A stretch of 64,000 nucleotides of DNA from Cetorhinus maximus (taxonomy: Eukaryota). The stretch is taken from NCBI RefSeq assembly GCF_964194155.1, contig NC_135893.1:10044001-10108000 (forward strand), read 5' to 3'. Both the position numbers and the translations under genes were made by a program. This document shows positions 12,635 through 26,089 of the stretch, in pieces (position 1 is the stretch's first letter; each line of letters starts with the position of its first letter). Under the pieces are notes generated by a model. That model had not been told where the DNA came from. It saw nothing but the letters and a program-made list of their open reading frames with translations, and ran no database searches.

Positions 12635-13300
12635 AGAAATGCATTTATATAGCATCTTTCACAACCTCAGGATGACCCATAGCGCTTTGCAGCCAATTTA
12701 AGTATTTTTGAAGCCTAGCCATTGTTGTAAAGTAAGAAGTGCCACAGCCAATTTTGTGCACAGCAAGGTTCCGCAAACAGCCATGTGATAAAGACCAAAT
12801 AACCTATTTTAGTGATTTCGGTTTAAGGGCTAACTATTGGCCAGGACACTGGGTAGAACTGAAATAAAAGTAAAATACTACAGATTCTGGAAATCTGAAA
12901 TAAAAGCAAAAAATGCTGGAAAAACTCAGCAGTCTGGCAGCATCTGCGGAGAGAGAAACCAGAAGAAGAGGAGCCTGAAGAAGCTCTGAAGCAGTCATAC
13001 AGATTCGGAAACATTAACCCTGTTTCTCTCTCCATAGACGCCGCCAGGTCTGCTGAGTTTTTCCAGCATTTTCTGTTTTTATTTCACTGGGTAGAACTCC
13101 CCTGTTCTTTTCCAGAATAGCACCACAAGATCTTTTATATCCATGCCTCGCTTTAATGTCAAATGCGAAAAATGGCGTCTCCAGCAGTGTAGCACTCCTC
13201 AGTATTGCACTGAAATGTCAACCTGGATTTTATGCTCATGTCTTTGGAGTAGGTCTTGAACCCAGCCCCCTCTCTGACTCTGGGTTGAGTGCTAGCCCAC
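12635..13300 (-). mobile_element. SacSINE1-like SINE, host of a Penelope-derived palindrome
   Basis: Tail, Deu core and head on the minus strand. Confidence 0.7.
12861..13084. mobile_element. Penelope-derived inverted pLTR mini-element
   Basis: Two inverted arms (aaatgctggaaaaactcagcag / ctgctgagtttttccagcattt) with a perfect 14-bp TSD CACTGGGTAGAACT at 12847-12860 and 13085-13098. Confidence 0.8.
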
Positions 13301-13649
13301 AGAGCAAAAAAACAAGGTTAAAGCCATTCATTTGTGGCATTTGAGGTAGATTGATGGATGTCAAATCCCGGGGTGAAATGTCAGTTCAGTTTTAAACTTT
13401 CCTTATGAATGGCACTAGTTTCTTTTGTTTTCACCTTTTCTAGTGCTCTTGTTCTCTGTTGGGTAACACAGACCTAATTCTCCTTCAGTTCTCCGAACAA
13501 AAGCTGACCTGACCTACAGCACCATCAAAGGTCAGGCAAAGAAGCAGATCCCAAATCCACTCCAGCTAGAATGAGAATCCAACCCCATGCTGGTGGCACC
13601 AATCTGATCTACACCGGCCATCCAGCCAACTGAGCCAACCAGCCCCCAG

Positions 13650-13930
13650 CCCACAAGGAGTTGGACTTGCTGTAGCAGTGTACACTCTTACATGCATGTT
13701 GTAGCTTGAAGCTGTGGATAGTGATGGTGGAGGCTCCAATTTCTTTCCATCACATGGCTGACCAGGAATATCTTCCGCTCCTACTGCCTGCCATTGGCAT
13801 GTGTTGGAAGGATTTACAAGTTGATACTCAACCTTTTTGGCCAAACCGCACCTTCCTTGGCCATTAAGTCATGGGGTGGGTCCCGTACCCAGAGCTTCTG
13901 GCTCAGAGGCTGGGACGTGCCACAAGGAGC
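13650..13930 (-). mobile_element. tRNA-headed SINE, same family as 17750-18056
   Basis: Shares the core acatgcatgttgtag...ccatcacatgg...cctgccattggc.tgtgttggaa with the 17750 copy. Confidence 0.6.
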
Positions 13931-15261
13931 TCAAATTAAATGAGGGAAAATATAGAGGACTGACCTTCTGCATGTGCTTCAGTGGAATAAGAAGGCTAAC
14001 ATCTGACAACGGATGCCTAGACTCAGTTTTATGAGTCTACTAATGTCTCAGTTCATTGTAAACCCTGCTGTTGATATTCCAGCTAGCTGCACTCTGCTAG
14101 CGGAAGAATACCTTTAAGGAATTTGTATTGCATTACTTGCATTTATATAGTGCCTTCAGGGCATTCCAACATACTTTACAGCGAATGAGGTACTGAGGTA
14201 ATGAACTGTTCTCATGTATCTACTGTATCTTCGTGAACTTGCCCACTTGCATTAGGATAAGACCGCTTAGTCTGAATGGGCTTTTAGTCTTCGGCTGTTG
14301 TAAGTGCAACTCTGATCTAATTAAGGCTTAGTATTGGAAATTATGAAAATGCCCATGACATCTTCCAGCGCAACAAAGATATTTGGCTGTGAGAGCCCCC
14401 AAACTAGAAAAGCTCAATGGGGATGTCAAGGGTGAGATGGTTTGGGAACTAATTCCCATCGGAGCACCCAAAGTAAATATGCTTCTGAATCATTCCCATC
14501 GTTTTCAGCTTGTGTTTTATTATTTATAATTGTTTCATATGTTAATGAGTTACCATGGTGATGTGAATTTTCTTTCAGAAAGCATTCGCTTCAGCTTTTC
14601 AGGGAGCTTGATTCGAATACTTTTCATCTATACCAGAAATGTAAATAAAGAGTGACCATTTATTAAACTGGGTTCAGGGTCTTGGCCTTTTCTAATGGAC
14701 AAGAAAAAGAGCTGGAGATGCCTTGTTAAGTTTTCTTTTCTGTTTTTTTATCCCCCATCTTTTCTCTTGTTTTCCATCTCTTTTCACTCCCCTCTTTTCG
14801 TCAAATCTCTTTCTTATAAAGAAACCGATTCTTGCTGGGTACAGCTCCATTGGTGTCAACAGTCTTTTAATAATCGCTTAAAGTGGCTATTCTTCATAAA
14901 TGAGTGAGTGTTGGCAAGTTATTCAACCATGTGGGGATCACTTCTATATTTGATCTTTTCCTAATTGTTTAGAAAGAGGGCTCAGAAACTCTGATTATCC
15001 TCCATCCTCAGCCCACAGTTACTGGGAGCAATTGTGTTTTATTGGTGATCTAACTGAGATCAACAGTACAGCACAGAGCAATGTTTGAACCTGGAACTGT
15101 TCTTGTCCCTTTGGCTTGTACACCCCCTCAGTTGGCGGCTTTACCCAGCAAACACTCAGAATATATCCTGAGGGATACTCGTGGACTATCTCTGTTTCAT
15201 TATTGTGCCTTGAGTGACAAGGGGTGGAACTTACTGCCCTTCCCTGTGGTGAGTTTGGTGA

Positions 15262-15935
15262 TGGGGCTGGAGGCATTTAATCAGGGGGGGGACCTCACCA
15301 TCTTCCCGCCTCCACCCTGATTTAAGTTCATGGTGGGAAGGCCCATGGTTGGCCTTCTTGCCCCGCCACTAATTGAGGCCCTTAATTGACCAACAATGCC
15401 CACTTAAGGGCCTCATCCTGTCATCACTGGCATTAGCTCAATGGCAGGCAGATGACTCAACATGTAGGGAGCCCAACAACCAAACCCTGGCACGTTTGCT
15501 TGTAGGCTTTCAGGGCGATCCTCATTCAAAGGCACTCCCCGGCATGGAGAAGTGAGGTACCTGCTGGGAGTCACCCCCTGCCCTTGATGCCAATTTTCCC
15601 CCTTCATTCCTCCCTCCCCTGGGGAGCCCCTTCCCACCATTACTCACCTGTGCCTGGGCCTACCTCAGTCCGAATTCCTTGGGTGGATGTAGTACTGGCA
15701 ACAGCCACTGCCTCCCCAGGGGTGCTGCTGAGTACAGAAGAGCTGTCAGCCTCTGATTGGCTAGAAAATCTCAGCAAGCGAAACGTCAGCCCCTGGCTGC
15801 TTTGTCCCCAGGGGAAGGTCCACCTCTGGCCTGTCAAATGCCTGAGTGGCACTTAATTTTCTGGCCTTCCATAAAGGAGGTGAAAGAGGGCTCCTGTGGG
15901 TGAGACCCGAGTTGCTTCCATTAAATATAGCCCAT
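15262..15935. mobile_element. GC-rich non-autonomous DNA transposon remnant
   Basis: The motif ttgaggcccttaa...cacttaagggcctc recurs near 31300 and 39160. Ends resemble GGGCTGGA / ATAGCCC. Confidence 0.5.
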
Positions 15936-15964
15936 GGATTCTCATGTGCTTTCAACATTCATGC

Positions 15965-16420
15965 ATCAATTTATATGTAACACTTCCATTGGACTTTTCA
16001 CAATTCTAGGCGTCCCAAAGTACTTTACAGCCAGTGAATTATTTTTTAAAGTGTAGTCACTGTTGTGATGTAAAAAGCAGAACAGCCAGTTAACACACAA
16101 CAGGCTCTCAAAGACCACAATGAGTTAAATGGCCAGATAATCTGTTAGGTGATGCTAGTTGAGGGATGAATATTGAGCTGGGAAAATGCTCCTGCTCTTC
16201 TTTGAAAAGTGCCATGGGTTCTTTAATAACTACCTGAGAGGGCACTTAGGGGCTGGCGGACAGCATCTCACCTGAAAGGCTGTACCTCTGACAGTGCAGC
16301 ATTACCTTAGTACTGGCACTGGGAGTGTCAGCCTGGATTTTATGTTCAAATCCCCGACACGAGTCTTGAAGCCACAACCTTCTGACCCAGAGGTCAGAGT
16401 AGCTATTTACTGAGCCACGG
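15965..16420 (-). mobile_element. SacSINE1-like SINE
   Basis: Deu core gtgccatggg and head actgagcca on the minus strand. Confidence 0.7.
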
Positions 16421-17052
16421 CTCAGACACATAATTGTCCTCCATATCTTGATGGCATTAAAAAGCTGTGGTTCCCACTCCAATTTATTAGCCAATAGCCC
16501 CTGCTGGAAAGTGTGTGGTTGTTGACTGAGACAAGGTCAGGGTGTGCAAGATTGTAATTCTGTTAATCATCCTGCTAACGTTTGCAGTCTAGATTCAAAT
16601 AGGAGGAATAACCGCATGGGTAAATACTCTTCAAATGCCATTGCAGAAAGTCACCGGTGTGGCTATCCAATCCAAGAGGGTTTCCAAGCATTGATGCTTG
16701 CTCTTCAGAATGGTTGTTGGTAGTTAAGATTTTTTTAAAAAAGAAATACACATCCAGAGGTTGTAATACAATTGTGTGACATGACTGCTTTGACATTATC
16801 CATTACATCTATAAATGTTCTTCAACAAATGCTTGTCTGATGTTTGTTGTAAAGACCAACTGGAAAAACACACTGAAACATAGAAGGATCTATAAATTCT
16901 CAGGGAATGATGTAAATCATTTTTCTTGCTTTGGGCTAAGTGTTGAAATTCTACCAACTTGAATCCTTTCTGGGGTACAGGTCCCATGTTGTAGCTGGTA
17001 TTTCTTGGTTATGTTGACTGGATTGTAACTGATTGTTGTCTTTTCTTTCTAG

Positions 17053-17100
17053 ATAAACCTGTGATTAAGTTCACTCCAGCCCCTCCAACATCACAGGATG
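17053..17100 (+). CDS. AGRN: Agrin 48-nt common exon shared by the LN and TM isoforms
   Basis: Acceptor ttttctttctAG and donor G|GTAAGT, phase 1/1. Spliced to 7992 it gives N-Y-KPVIKFTPAPPTSQD, matching mammalian (Y/D)KPGxHFTPxPPTPPD that precedes follistatin domain 1. Confidence 0.93.
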
Positions 17101-17749
17101 GTAAGTGAGCACTTTAAAATGAACAATGATACACAATCATAGGTGAAAGAACGTTAAATGAGTGCTTTGCTTGGATGCTGAGTGTTTTGAACTTTGCTTG
17201 CCTGGATTTTAAGAGCAACCGTGAGATAATGAACATGCAAAAAATGGAACTGATTCGCAGAATGTGGTCCTCAAAGCACTGTTAAAAAGCCCTGGAGCTC
17301 TCTGCAATGAATAGGCACAGTTAACCTGACTTAATCTCGGCAGCATGCTGTCCCCGATTACCTCCAATCCTTGTTTAAAATAATCTGCAACCTATTACCG
17401 TTCCCCATCTCCTGAAGCCACTGCTTGGAATTTAATGCTGGCTGAGGGAGCGCGGTAAGAGGCAGGTGGGGCCATTGACTCATGCAGGAAGCACAATGTC
17501 AGGATGGAAACGTTAAATTATCCCAGCGGTGGGGAGGAAGCCCGAGGATCCCATATTCCTTTTCCAATCTGGCCTGCTGCCTTCAACTATTTATATCCAT
17601 GTAGCCCCAGATCTCTCTGCTCCTGCAGCCCTCTTTAGAACTTCACATTTTATTTTATATTGGCTTACTCCTGTTCCTATATTCTCCTTTTGCCAAATTG
17701 TACAGTATAGGGCATTTTGTCAGTTTAATGTTACAAGCTGGCTGATGAT

Positions 17750-18056
17750 GTGGTGTTGGTGTGTTACAGTTCACTTAGAAAGTCTGAGTTGCTGTGGCAA
17801 CATGCATGTTGTAGTCTGGAACAATGATTAGTGATGATAGAGGCTCCAGCATTCTTCCCATCACATGGTCAACCTGGAATCTCTCCTGCTCTTACCACCT
17901 GCCATTGGCGTGTGTTGGAAAGGATTGATGTTCAACCTGTTTGGCCATGTTATGAATGCACCTTCTAGCTTGGCCGTCAAGTTCTGGCGTGGGACTTAAA
18001 CCTGGACCTTCTGGATCAGAGACAGGGACACTACCCACTGCACCACAAGGCCTCCT
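17750..18056 (-). mobile_element. tRNA-headed SINE
   Basis: Minus-strand A box TGGTGCAGTGG and B-box-like GGTTTAAGTCCC. Confidence 0.65.
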
Positions 18057-19999
18057 GTGAGGCAGTGTGACTCCTGCCAAATTGGACTCATGCTAATCTC
18101 CAAACCCTCAGAAGCAGCAAAACATGAGAAACAATTACCTAGAGAGGATTTGTTCAAAATCTCTAGTAAACTTTATGTTAAAAGATGGCTTCCATCCGTT
18201 ATGGGCAGAAAATGACTGCGTCTGAGATTATTCAATGTTCCTGCTCACTGCATGTGTTCCAAAGTAGGTCCTACGTATTGTTAAAAAGCTGCAGTTGTAT
18301 TTTCAATCATTTGTCTTCTTCGTTACGTCATCCTAAAATTGAACAAAAGGGCAAGTGAGTTTGATGCAGTGCAACACTCTGTGACTTTTACACTCACTGC
18401 ATGTCACTGCATTTGCAGCCAAGTCCAACAGTATTACGTAAAATGTGTGGAGTGAAATTTATTCCCTGTGATAACAAATCATTTACCTCATCCATTGAAA
18501 AATGTATCAATAATGCCACCTTGCATTTATATAGCACAGTTAACACTGTGAAACATCCCAAAATGTTATCAGACAGGATTTAGCATCAAGCCACAGAAGG
18601 GGATATATGTGAATATGTGACCAAAGAAATGGTCAAAGGGTTCATTTTTTTTTTCAAAAGAGCTTCGTGGAGTGTAGGGAGAAGCAGAGAGGTTTATGGA
18701 GGAAGTTCCAAAATGTAAGTTTTAGCCAGCTGAATGTCAGCCATTTTTGAAGTCTATCAGCCAGTCCATGTCCTGGGTCATTTTTAACGTAAATGTTTAT
18801 TTTTTGGACACAGGAAAGCATCTTCAGCCATCAAAAGAATTGCATGTCAAATGTCAAAGTTTTTGTTTAATCTGTCAAGCATCTAGTCTATATATAAAAA
18901 AAAAAGTGCCAACCTCTATTCTGCTCTATGAACATTTCATTTTTGTAATGGGCATAAAAGAGCAAGTGGTCATGAAGTGTAGGTTCGGTGGTACCTGTGT
19001 GCGTGTCACAGATCAAGAGGATCACAGCCAATCCTCTGATCCTGATCTCAAAACGCCAATTTATGCCCAAATTTCAAACACCCACTTTGAACAATCTCCT
19101 TTTCAAACACCATGATGTTGTGATACTGTTCCTTTGGCATATTATTAGGCAGATTAAAATGTTGTTTTACCACTCAAAGCAATTATTAGCAACATTGGCG
19201 CTTGGCCAGCTAAGTTTTCCTTCACATTTCTTTCCTGTTTTCGTTTATTTCAGCAATGTGACAGAAATGTGCCTTTTTTTATTTTGTTTGTTGTGCAACT
19301 TGTAATTATAAAGGGATTAAGATAAGTTAGCCCACCAATATAAATAACTCACAGCTGCAACATTACTTGAGCATTGTTTCTGGCCTGTTACTGTGAAACA
19401 CCAAATTTAATAATTAATGTTGATAATGCAGCTTTTAGTTAATTGGATTCATGGAACCTTTTCATGTGTCTGGAGGATTTTGTTTATCGGCTCACCGTGC
19501 CAGAGCTAGAGGGTGACGAAATTGGCGATGAGCTTAACCTTTCCTTCCCGGTTGAAAATTTGGGCACTTCTGCTTTGAGGTTTTCGAGTAAATAATAAAA
19601 TAAAGCACTAACTGGGATTGGAATAAATAGGAGCTGTTTTTCAAGTTGAGTTGCAAGCTCTACAAAGCATCTGCATTTTGTTTTTCTACATAAAGGAAAT
19701 GCTAGCAAACGAGAGAGAAAAGAAAACGCCTTTATGGTATGGATTTTCAGTAGGATGCGGAAGATTTCTGGCCTCGTTGCCATTAAGCAAATGCTTCATG
19801 AGGGAATGTTTTTTCCTTGTCTGGAAGTTAAACACACCAAACCCTCCCCAATCTCGTGCTCCCACCATCTTTACCCCTGACAGTCAAAAGCCTCTAACAT
19901 TTTAGTTAAAATTGTTATTTTCCTGAAGTTGCCGCTTGTTCAGTTACTTGTTTAGCCACAGGCGTAAATTTGCACCCCCACCCCTCCCCCCATTACATC

Positions 20000-20500
20000 A
20001 GGGCAGAATTTTACAGTCCCCCGCTGGCGGGTTTGTTGATAGGTGTGGGGTAAAACTCCCCAGGCGGCCATCCCATGGCTCTCCCACCCGACCTGTCTGC
20101 AATTTTATGGGGCACAGGCGAGGCCTAGGGTGGTCCACCTGCCCTCACCCTAATTGTGGCCCCTAAGTGTGGGGAGTTCAGGGAGAGTTGGGGGGTGGGG
20201 AGGGGGAGCCCAACAGGTCGCCCTAGTGTGGCCTCCAGCAGGGAGTGGGGTGCCTCCCTCAAAGGCCCTTGGCGGGATTTTCCACGCCCACCCGTCGCCG
20301 GGACCTTCCGGTCCCGCTGTAAGTCAATGGACCTCTGGCTGGGGTGCCACCTTGCCCGCGGTGGGTCCCACCCGAGACGGGGCCGGAAAACCCTGTCCCC
20401 AGTTTCAACATCGGGCAACGCCCCCCCCACCGATGTGGACGCATTCCCCACCGACTCTTTTAGTGTCGGGACGGGGAACCCCACCATCCAACAGACCCTG
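20000..20500. mobile_element. GC-rich MITE remnant
   Basis: Begins AGGGCAGAATTTT. CpG-rich body related to the other GC-rich MITEs. Confidence 0.45.
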
Positions 20501-20964
20501 CCCACAGGTACCTTTGTGTTGAGATAATGGGACATTATCGTTTTTCCCTATCCAGGCAGATATTAAGTATCGTTAAAACTCCCTTTATTCAGTGGGGTCC
20601 TCTGCACTTTCACTTGCGTGAAATTCCTGATGAACAGTTTCAGAATTTTTTTGCTACGTGCCACAGACCCCAGTCGCTGCCCCTCCCACCCCGACCACTG
20701 CTCTCAGGAGTGACTGACAGGGACACGGGTCTGCACCAGCAGCCTCGCCAAGCTGTGATTTCAGACACCCGCTGTGAGCAGCAAGTGGAGACCAAGCATT
20801 TCCTCCCCCCGCCACCCACCACCACCAAAGGGGAAGGGAAAAAAACACCATCCAACCAGCTGTCTCTTTTAATAGGCTCCTTTCACTTACTGTGCAGCTG
20901 GCTTCTGACAGCAGACACTTTATACCTTCTGTTGAAGAGCTAGAAGCAGGGGGAAAAAAAGGAA

Positions 20965-21395
20965 AGACTTGGGTTTATATAGCGCCTTTCACGACCATCG
21001 TATATCTTAAAGCGCTTTGTAGCCAGTGAAGTACTTTTGAAAAACAGTCGCCGTTGTAGAGTGGGAAGCGCAGCAACCAATTTGCATACAACAATCTCCC
21101 ACAAACAGCAACAGCATAATCTGTTTTGTGATATTGATTTGAGGGACTAATATTGGCCAGGACACAGGGGATAACTGCCCTGCTCTTCTTCAAAATAACA
21201 TCATGGGATCTGTTACATCCACCCAAGCAATCCGGCGGCTTCTCATCTGAAGGACTGCACCTCTGACAGTGCAGCGCGCCCTCAGTACTGCACTGGAGTT
21301 TCGGCCTAGATTTTTTGTGTTCAAGCCCTGGATGGGATTTGAACCTAGAATCTTGTGACTTGGAGGTGAGAGCGCCACCAGCTGAGCCACAGCTG
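20965..21395 (-). mobile_element. SacSINE1-like SINE, near full length
   Basis: Head TGGCTCAGCTGG / GGTTCAAATCCC, Deu core and tail aaggcgctatataaa on the minus strand. Confidence 0.8.
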
Positions 21396-22339
21396 GTACT
21401 TAAGAAGAAACAATGCCAGATCCCAGCCCAGGTTGGCCTTTAATGGAGGGCCAAAGACCCACATGTTGTAGAAAGGCTGCCAAGGACCACTGGTCAATCG
21501 AGGGAGGACTGCAAACTTCCCTTTTAGATTGTGTACTGAATGCTATATTTTACAGATTAACAGCTCACTTATCTCATTGCTAATTGTGGGAGCTTACTGT
21601 GCATTATGACAGTGACTACATTTCAAAAGTTACACTTCCCTGTAAAGCGCTTTGGCACTATATAATGGAAAGGCTGCTCTTCTTTCTACTTCAGGGTAGT
21701 TAGTCTCTGATAATAGGGCCATTTCCAATAATGAATTTATTATATTTTAACATCACCAATCAGAGAGAAAATAGTTTCATCTTCAGGCTTCTGAAAGCAC
21801 AAGGGAATTTTTAATCTCCAGGGCCTGACTTGGCTTGTTTTCTATCTATGTGTGGAATGCTGTAAATCGTATTGTTACAGACATAAAAATATTCAGGGAA
21901 AGCTTTATTACTGCAATTCAAATCTTAAACTACTAAAATGAATACTAAGAATGATTTAAAATCAAAATGAGACATTGGCTCAGATCTTCTGGTCTCCAGA
22001 TAATCAGAGACCATACATTATCTCCAAGACTCCATGGAAGTCCATGGAAGAGCTGACTCCGTGGGAATTGTCCGGGAAGTTTGCACTTCTAATGAGCAAT
22101 TCCCCTATTCCTGAAAACCTTTTGAACTCCCTGAGTTCGAGTCAGAGGCTTCTGACAGTTCCAACTTACTTGGATAGTTTACCCAGGAAATATTAGACCG
22201 AAAAACCCTAGTCTAACTCTCCTAGGTATCTATACAACTGACCCCACAATCACCCTCACTGCCCCATTTCTTCCACTGACCCCTCCCCCAATGCAACATG
22301 ACCCCCCCCTCCCCCCCCCTCCCCCCCACCTCATGCCAC

Positions 22340-22760
22340 CAGTGGTGGAGCAATTATAATTGGGAATGCACACAAGAGGAGCACAGATATCTCGGAGGGT
22401 TGTGGTCTGGAGGAGATTACAGAGGTAGGGAGGGGCAAGAGCATGGAGAGATTTGAAAACAAGGATGAATGTTTGACCAGAAGCCAATGTAGGTCAATAA
22501 GCACAGAGATGATAGGGGAACAGGGCTTGTGGTGAGTTACGACACAGGCAACTGAATTTTGAATGACCTCAAGTTTACAGAGGGTGGAATGTGGGAGAAC
22601 AACCAGGAGTGCATTGGAATAGTCAAGAATAGAGGTAATGAAGGCACAGATGAGGGTTTCAGCAGCAGATGAGCTGGGACAGGGATGAAGTTGGCAATGT
22701 TGCCAAGTTGGAAATAGGCGGTCTTAAGCGATGGCATGAATATGAGGTCAGAAACTCATC
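22340..22760 (-). mobile_element. L2 LINE fragment
   Basis: Encodes TAYFQLGNIA and ILVFKSLHALAPPYL. Confidence 0.75.
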
Positions 22761-22859
22761 TCTGAATCATTAATAGAATTGATGTGAGAATATTTATCTC
22801 TGAGCCTGGAATGCTAACCAAAAAAAGAAGTTCCATTTCCCAATGTTAACGTCCTTGAC

Positions 22860-23712
22860 TGCTTTGTGAGGAGCATACAAAGAGTCTGCAAAGCGATATA
22901 GGTAGGTGAAGTGAGTGGGCAAAAAACTTAGCAAATGTTGCCAATGTATGGTTGCCCACGTTGGCAGGACAAATAGATAAGAATATTATTTAACTGGAGA
23001 AAGGCTACAACATGCTGCAGTACTGAGGGATCTGGGCGCCCTTGTACATGAATCTCAAAAGTTATATGCAGATACAGCAAATAATCCAAAAGGCAAATGG
23101 AACCTTGGCTTTTATTGCAAGAGGGATGGTGTATAAAAGTAGGGCAGTCTTATTACAACTGTAAAGGGCATTGGTATGACCGCACCTAGGGTACTGTGTA
23201 CAGTTTTGGCCTCCTTACTTAAGGAGGAACATACTTGCATTGGAAGCAGTTCAGAGAAGGTTCACATGGCTGATTCCTGGGTTGAAGGGGTTTGTCTTAT
23301 GCGAAAAGGTCGGGCCTATACTCATTGAGGATCAGAAGAATGAGAGGTGACCTTATTGAAACTTATAAGATTCTGAGGAGGCTTGACAGGATGAATGCTG
23401 AGAGGATGTTTCCTCTCATGGAAAAATCTAAAATTAGGAGCACAGTTTAAAAATAAGGGAGCCTCCCATTTAAGGCAGAGATGAGGAGGAATTTCTTCCC
23501 TCGGAGGGTCGTTAGTCTTTGGAATTCTCTTCCCCAGTGAGCAGAGGTGGCTGGATCATTGAACATATTCAAGGCTGAGTTAGATTTTTGATTGACAAGA
23601 GAATCTAGGATTATGAAAGGCGGACAGGAGAGTAGAGTTAAGGCCACAATCAGATCAGCCATGGTCTTATTGAAGTGCGGAGCAGGCTTGATGGGCTGAT
23701 TGGCCTACTCCT
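22860..23712 (+). mobile_element. CR1 LINE RT C-terminus and 3'UTR
   Basis: Degenerate LYKALV.PHL.YC.QFW...AVQRRF, followed by the CR1 tail. Confidence 0.85.
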
Positions 23713-23722
23713 AATGATCTTA

Positions 23723-24398
23723 CGGGCCTGAATTTGACCTTTGGTGGGCGCGCCCGATCAATGGGCCTGGGAGCAGTGGGGAATCAGGCTCCCAACTGTG
23801 ATGGGCATGGGCAGCTGACCGTGATTCCACGCTGACTGGCCAGTTAACGGCCAGCCAATGTGAAAAGCGCACGGAAAAGCTCAGCGCTGCCAGGGTTGGG
23901 GTGGGAAGAGGGCAGGTGATGACCTTTCCACGGGTGCGAGAAAGCTCCCTGAAGGCAGACAACTGCCTCAGGGAGCTGAAGGCCTGAAACAGCTAAAGGG
24001 AAGGTTTTAAAAGCAGAAAAAAAATGTCCATGCATCACAATCAATCACCCGAAAATGTAGCTGCCAAAAATGCTGCCCACATATATTGATTTTTATTTTA
24101 TTGCATCACGGAAATCTCATCCTGCCCTTGGATGAGGTTTGATGAAAAATACAAAGTCCGCCCGGCCGATTTGCCCGCCCGCCCGCCAACCGTAAGGTTG
24201 GACAGGCCGTGAAGAATCGGAGATAATTGTGCCGTTAATGGGCTTAATTGCCCTCTTAATTGTCGGCGGGCGCGCTGCCGGCTTTTGCGCACGGCCTGTT
24301 GAGCGAAATAGCGCGCAAGTGCGCGATGACGTCGGGACGCTCGCCCAACGTCGTCTTGCGCGATTTTACGCCCACCCGCAGGATGCAAAATTCTGCCC
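23723..24398. mobile_element. GC-rich MITE, possibly PIF/Harbinger-derived
   Basis: TIRs GGGCCTGAATTT / AAATTCTGCCC. Body is similar to 31592-32134. Confidence 0.7.
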
Positions 24399-25847
24399 GT
24401 GATCTATGGGCATAAGTGCCACTTTGAAAAAAGAGGTAGGTCTTAATCACCTTTAATTGGTAGGGCAAGTTCATATTGCTGTTTTCTGGCTGTCAACATC
24501 AATGACTAGACAAATTCTGGACCCCAGGGATGCGGCCTATCTTTGAGCAGTTCTATGATTTTTCCTGTGGTGTTGCTGACAGACAACTTTGGGTCTTGAG
24601 CATAGTTTTATTTCCTTAGCTGCTCACCTGGACTGTGGCTTTAAAGCAGCCTGTGACTTTAAGGCAATTGCTCAAAATGGGGAAACATAGACGCTTCCAC
24701 ACTGCTGGTGCTGGGGACGAGCAACAACTGCTTGTTAAATTTAGTCACTGGAATTTAGTTTTGAAAAAATGGTTTTGGATCTGTATAAAAAAAAAAGGTG
24801 GTGTCTCGAATGTGACAGGCACACAACAGGCATTTTCACATTGGAAATAGGATATGGCAGGAGTGAAGTGGCTGAGTCATTGGTTGGGCTGGTGTTGCTT
24901 TGACACAGAATGTAAACTCCTCACACTGCAGATGATACATGCGTCTCGAGCTGCCCAGATTAGATTTTGACGAGAGCACAAGTGCAGTGAAAGGGTCACG
25001 TTTTGCCTGATGACCTGAACGGTCGCAAAGTATTCATCCGGGGCTAAAGCGATGCCTTTTTGTGGTGCTAAAGGATTCTGAGATATCGCGGGTAACACAG
25101 GAAGGCTGGGGCCACTGCAACTCCAGAAGGTCAGAGAGAGAAATTCATTCTCCCACCATCACCCTCCCGAACGACTTGAGCAGCAAATTGCTCCTGTCAC
25201 TCGTGTGGCCCTTGTCTCTGAGGCTTTTCATTCTCTTCCATCAGCTAATTCTGAGTGAGACTGAGACCAGGGGCACCAGATGTTTGAAACCAATTACAGC
25301 TTGGTGGACCTCCATTTACAGTCAGGGAGCGTTCACAGTAAGCTGCTGCTGGTCCACGCCTGGATAAAGTGAAGATTTTAAACAAGGATTGTATTTAAAG
25401 AAAATAATCCCGGTTCAATCCACCACAGTAACACCCGGTATAAAAGCAGAAACTTTCAGAAATACACAGCAGGTCCCGTTGGATCTGTAAAGAGAAAAAG
25501 ATGTGTTTATTTTGATTCTTTTGTTTGAGCTCTACACTGACAGATGCATTAAACTGTCTTTAGAGGCTGGATTTAATGTAGCTCATCGCAACAGGAAACA
25601 TGGCAGCCAGGCCCATTTAGCTCCGGGTGAGGCCGCATGTTCATATTCTGGCAGTGGCAAACCCCGCTCTCCAACAAGTCAGAGGGTAGATTCCCAGCCA
25701 CCGGCAACAGGATGTCAATTAGGCTCCTAAATGAGCCAGTTGGCACCCATTATTGCTGAGCCCACCACAATTTAGTGGCGGCTCAGGGATTGATTGGAAG
25801 CTCCGGGGCTTTCCCATACTCAACGTGAGGTTCGCTAGCGGCCTCCT

Positions 25848-25959
25848 GGGGTGGGGGGTGGGGGGGAGGTGGTGCGGTGGGGTGGGGGGGGTTTGGGGAG
25901 GTGGTGGGGTGGGGTGGGGGGGGGGGGTGGGGGAGGTGGTGCGGTGGGGTGGGGGGGGG
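25848..25959 (+). repeat. G-rich low-complexity tract with G-quadruplex potential
   Basis: More than 10 runs of GGG or longer. Confidence 0.85.
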
Positions 25960-26089
25960 ATTGACCCTCGTAGTCAGGCACTCTAATCAAGGGTAAAAGC
26001 AAAAAACTGCAGATGTTGGAAATCTGGAACAAAAGCAAAAATACCTGGAAAAACTCAGCAGGTCTGACAGCATCTGCGGAGAGGGATAC

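Larger units (their letters stand above)
7993..17052 (+). other. AGRN: AGRN intron between the TM exon and the common exon (9060 nt)
   Basis: GT...AG ends with compatible phase, and the spliced protein matches known TM-agrin. Confidence 0.85.

Noticed and set aside
1-17052. 21-nt microexon encoding the 7-aa insert after the agrin NtA domain
   Set aside because: No AG-21nt-GT segment with a matching translation was found by eye. It may lie upstream of the window or have been missed.
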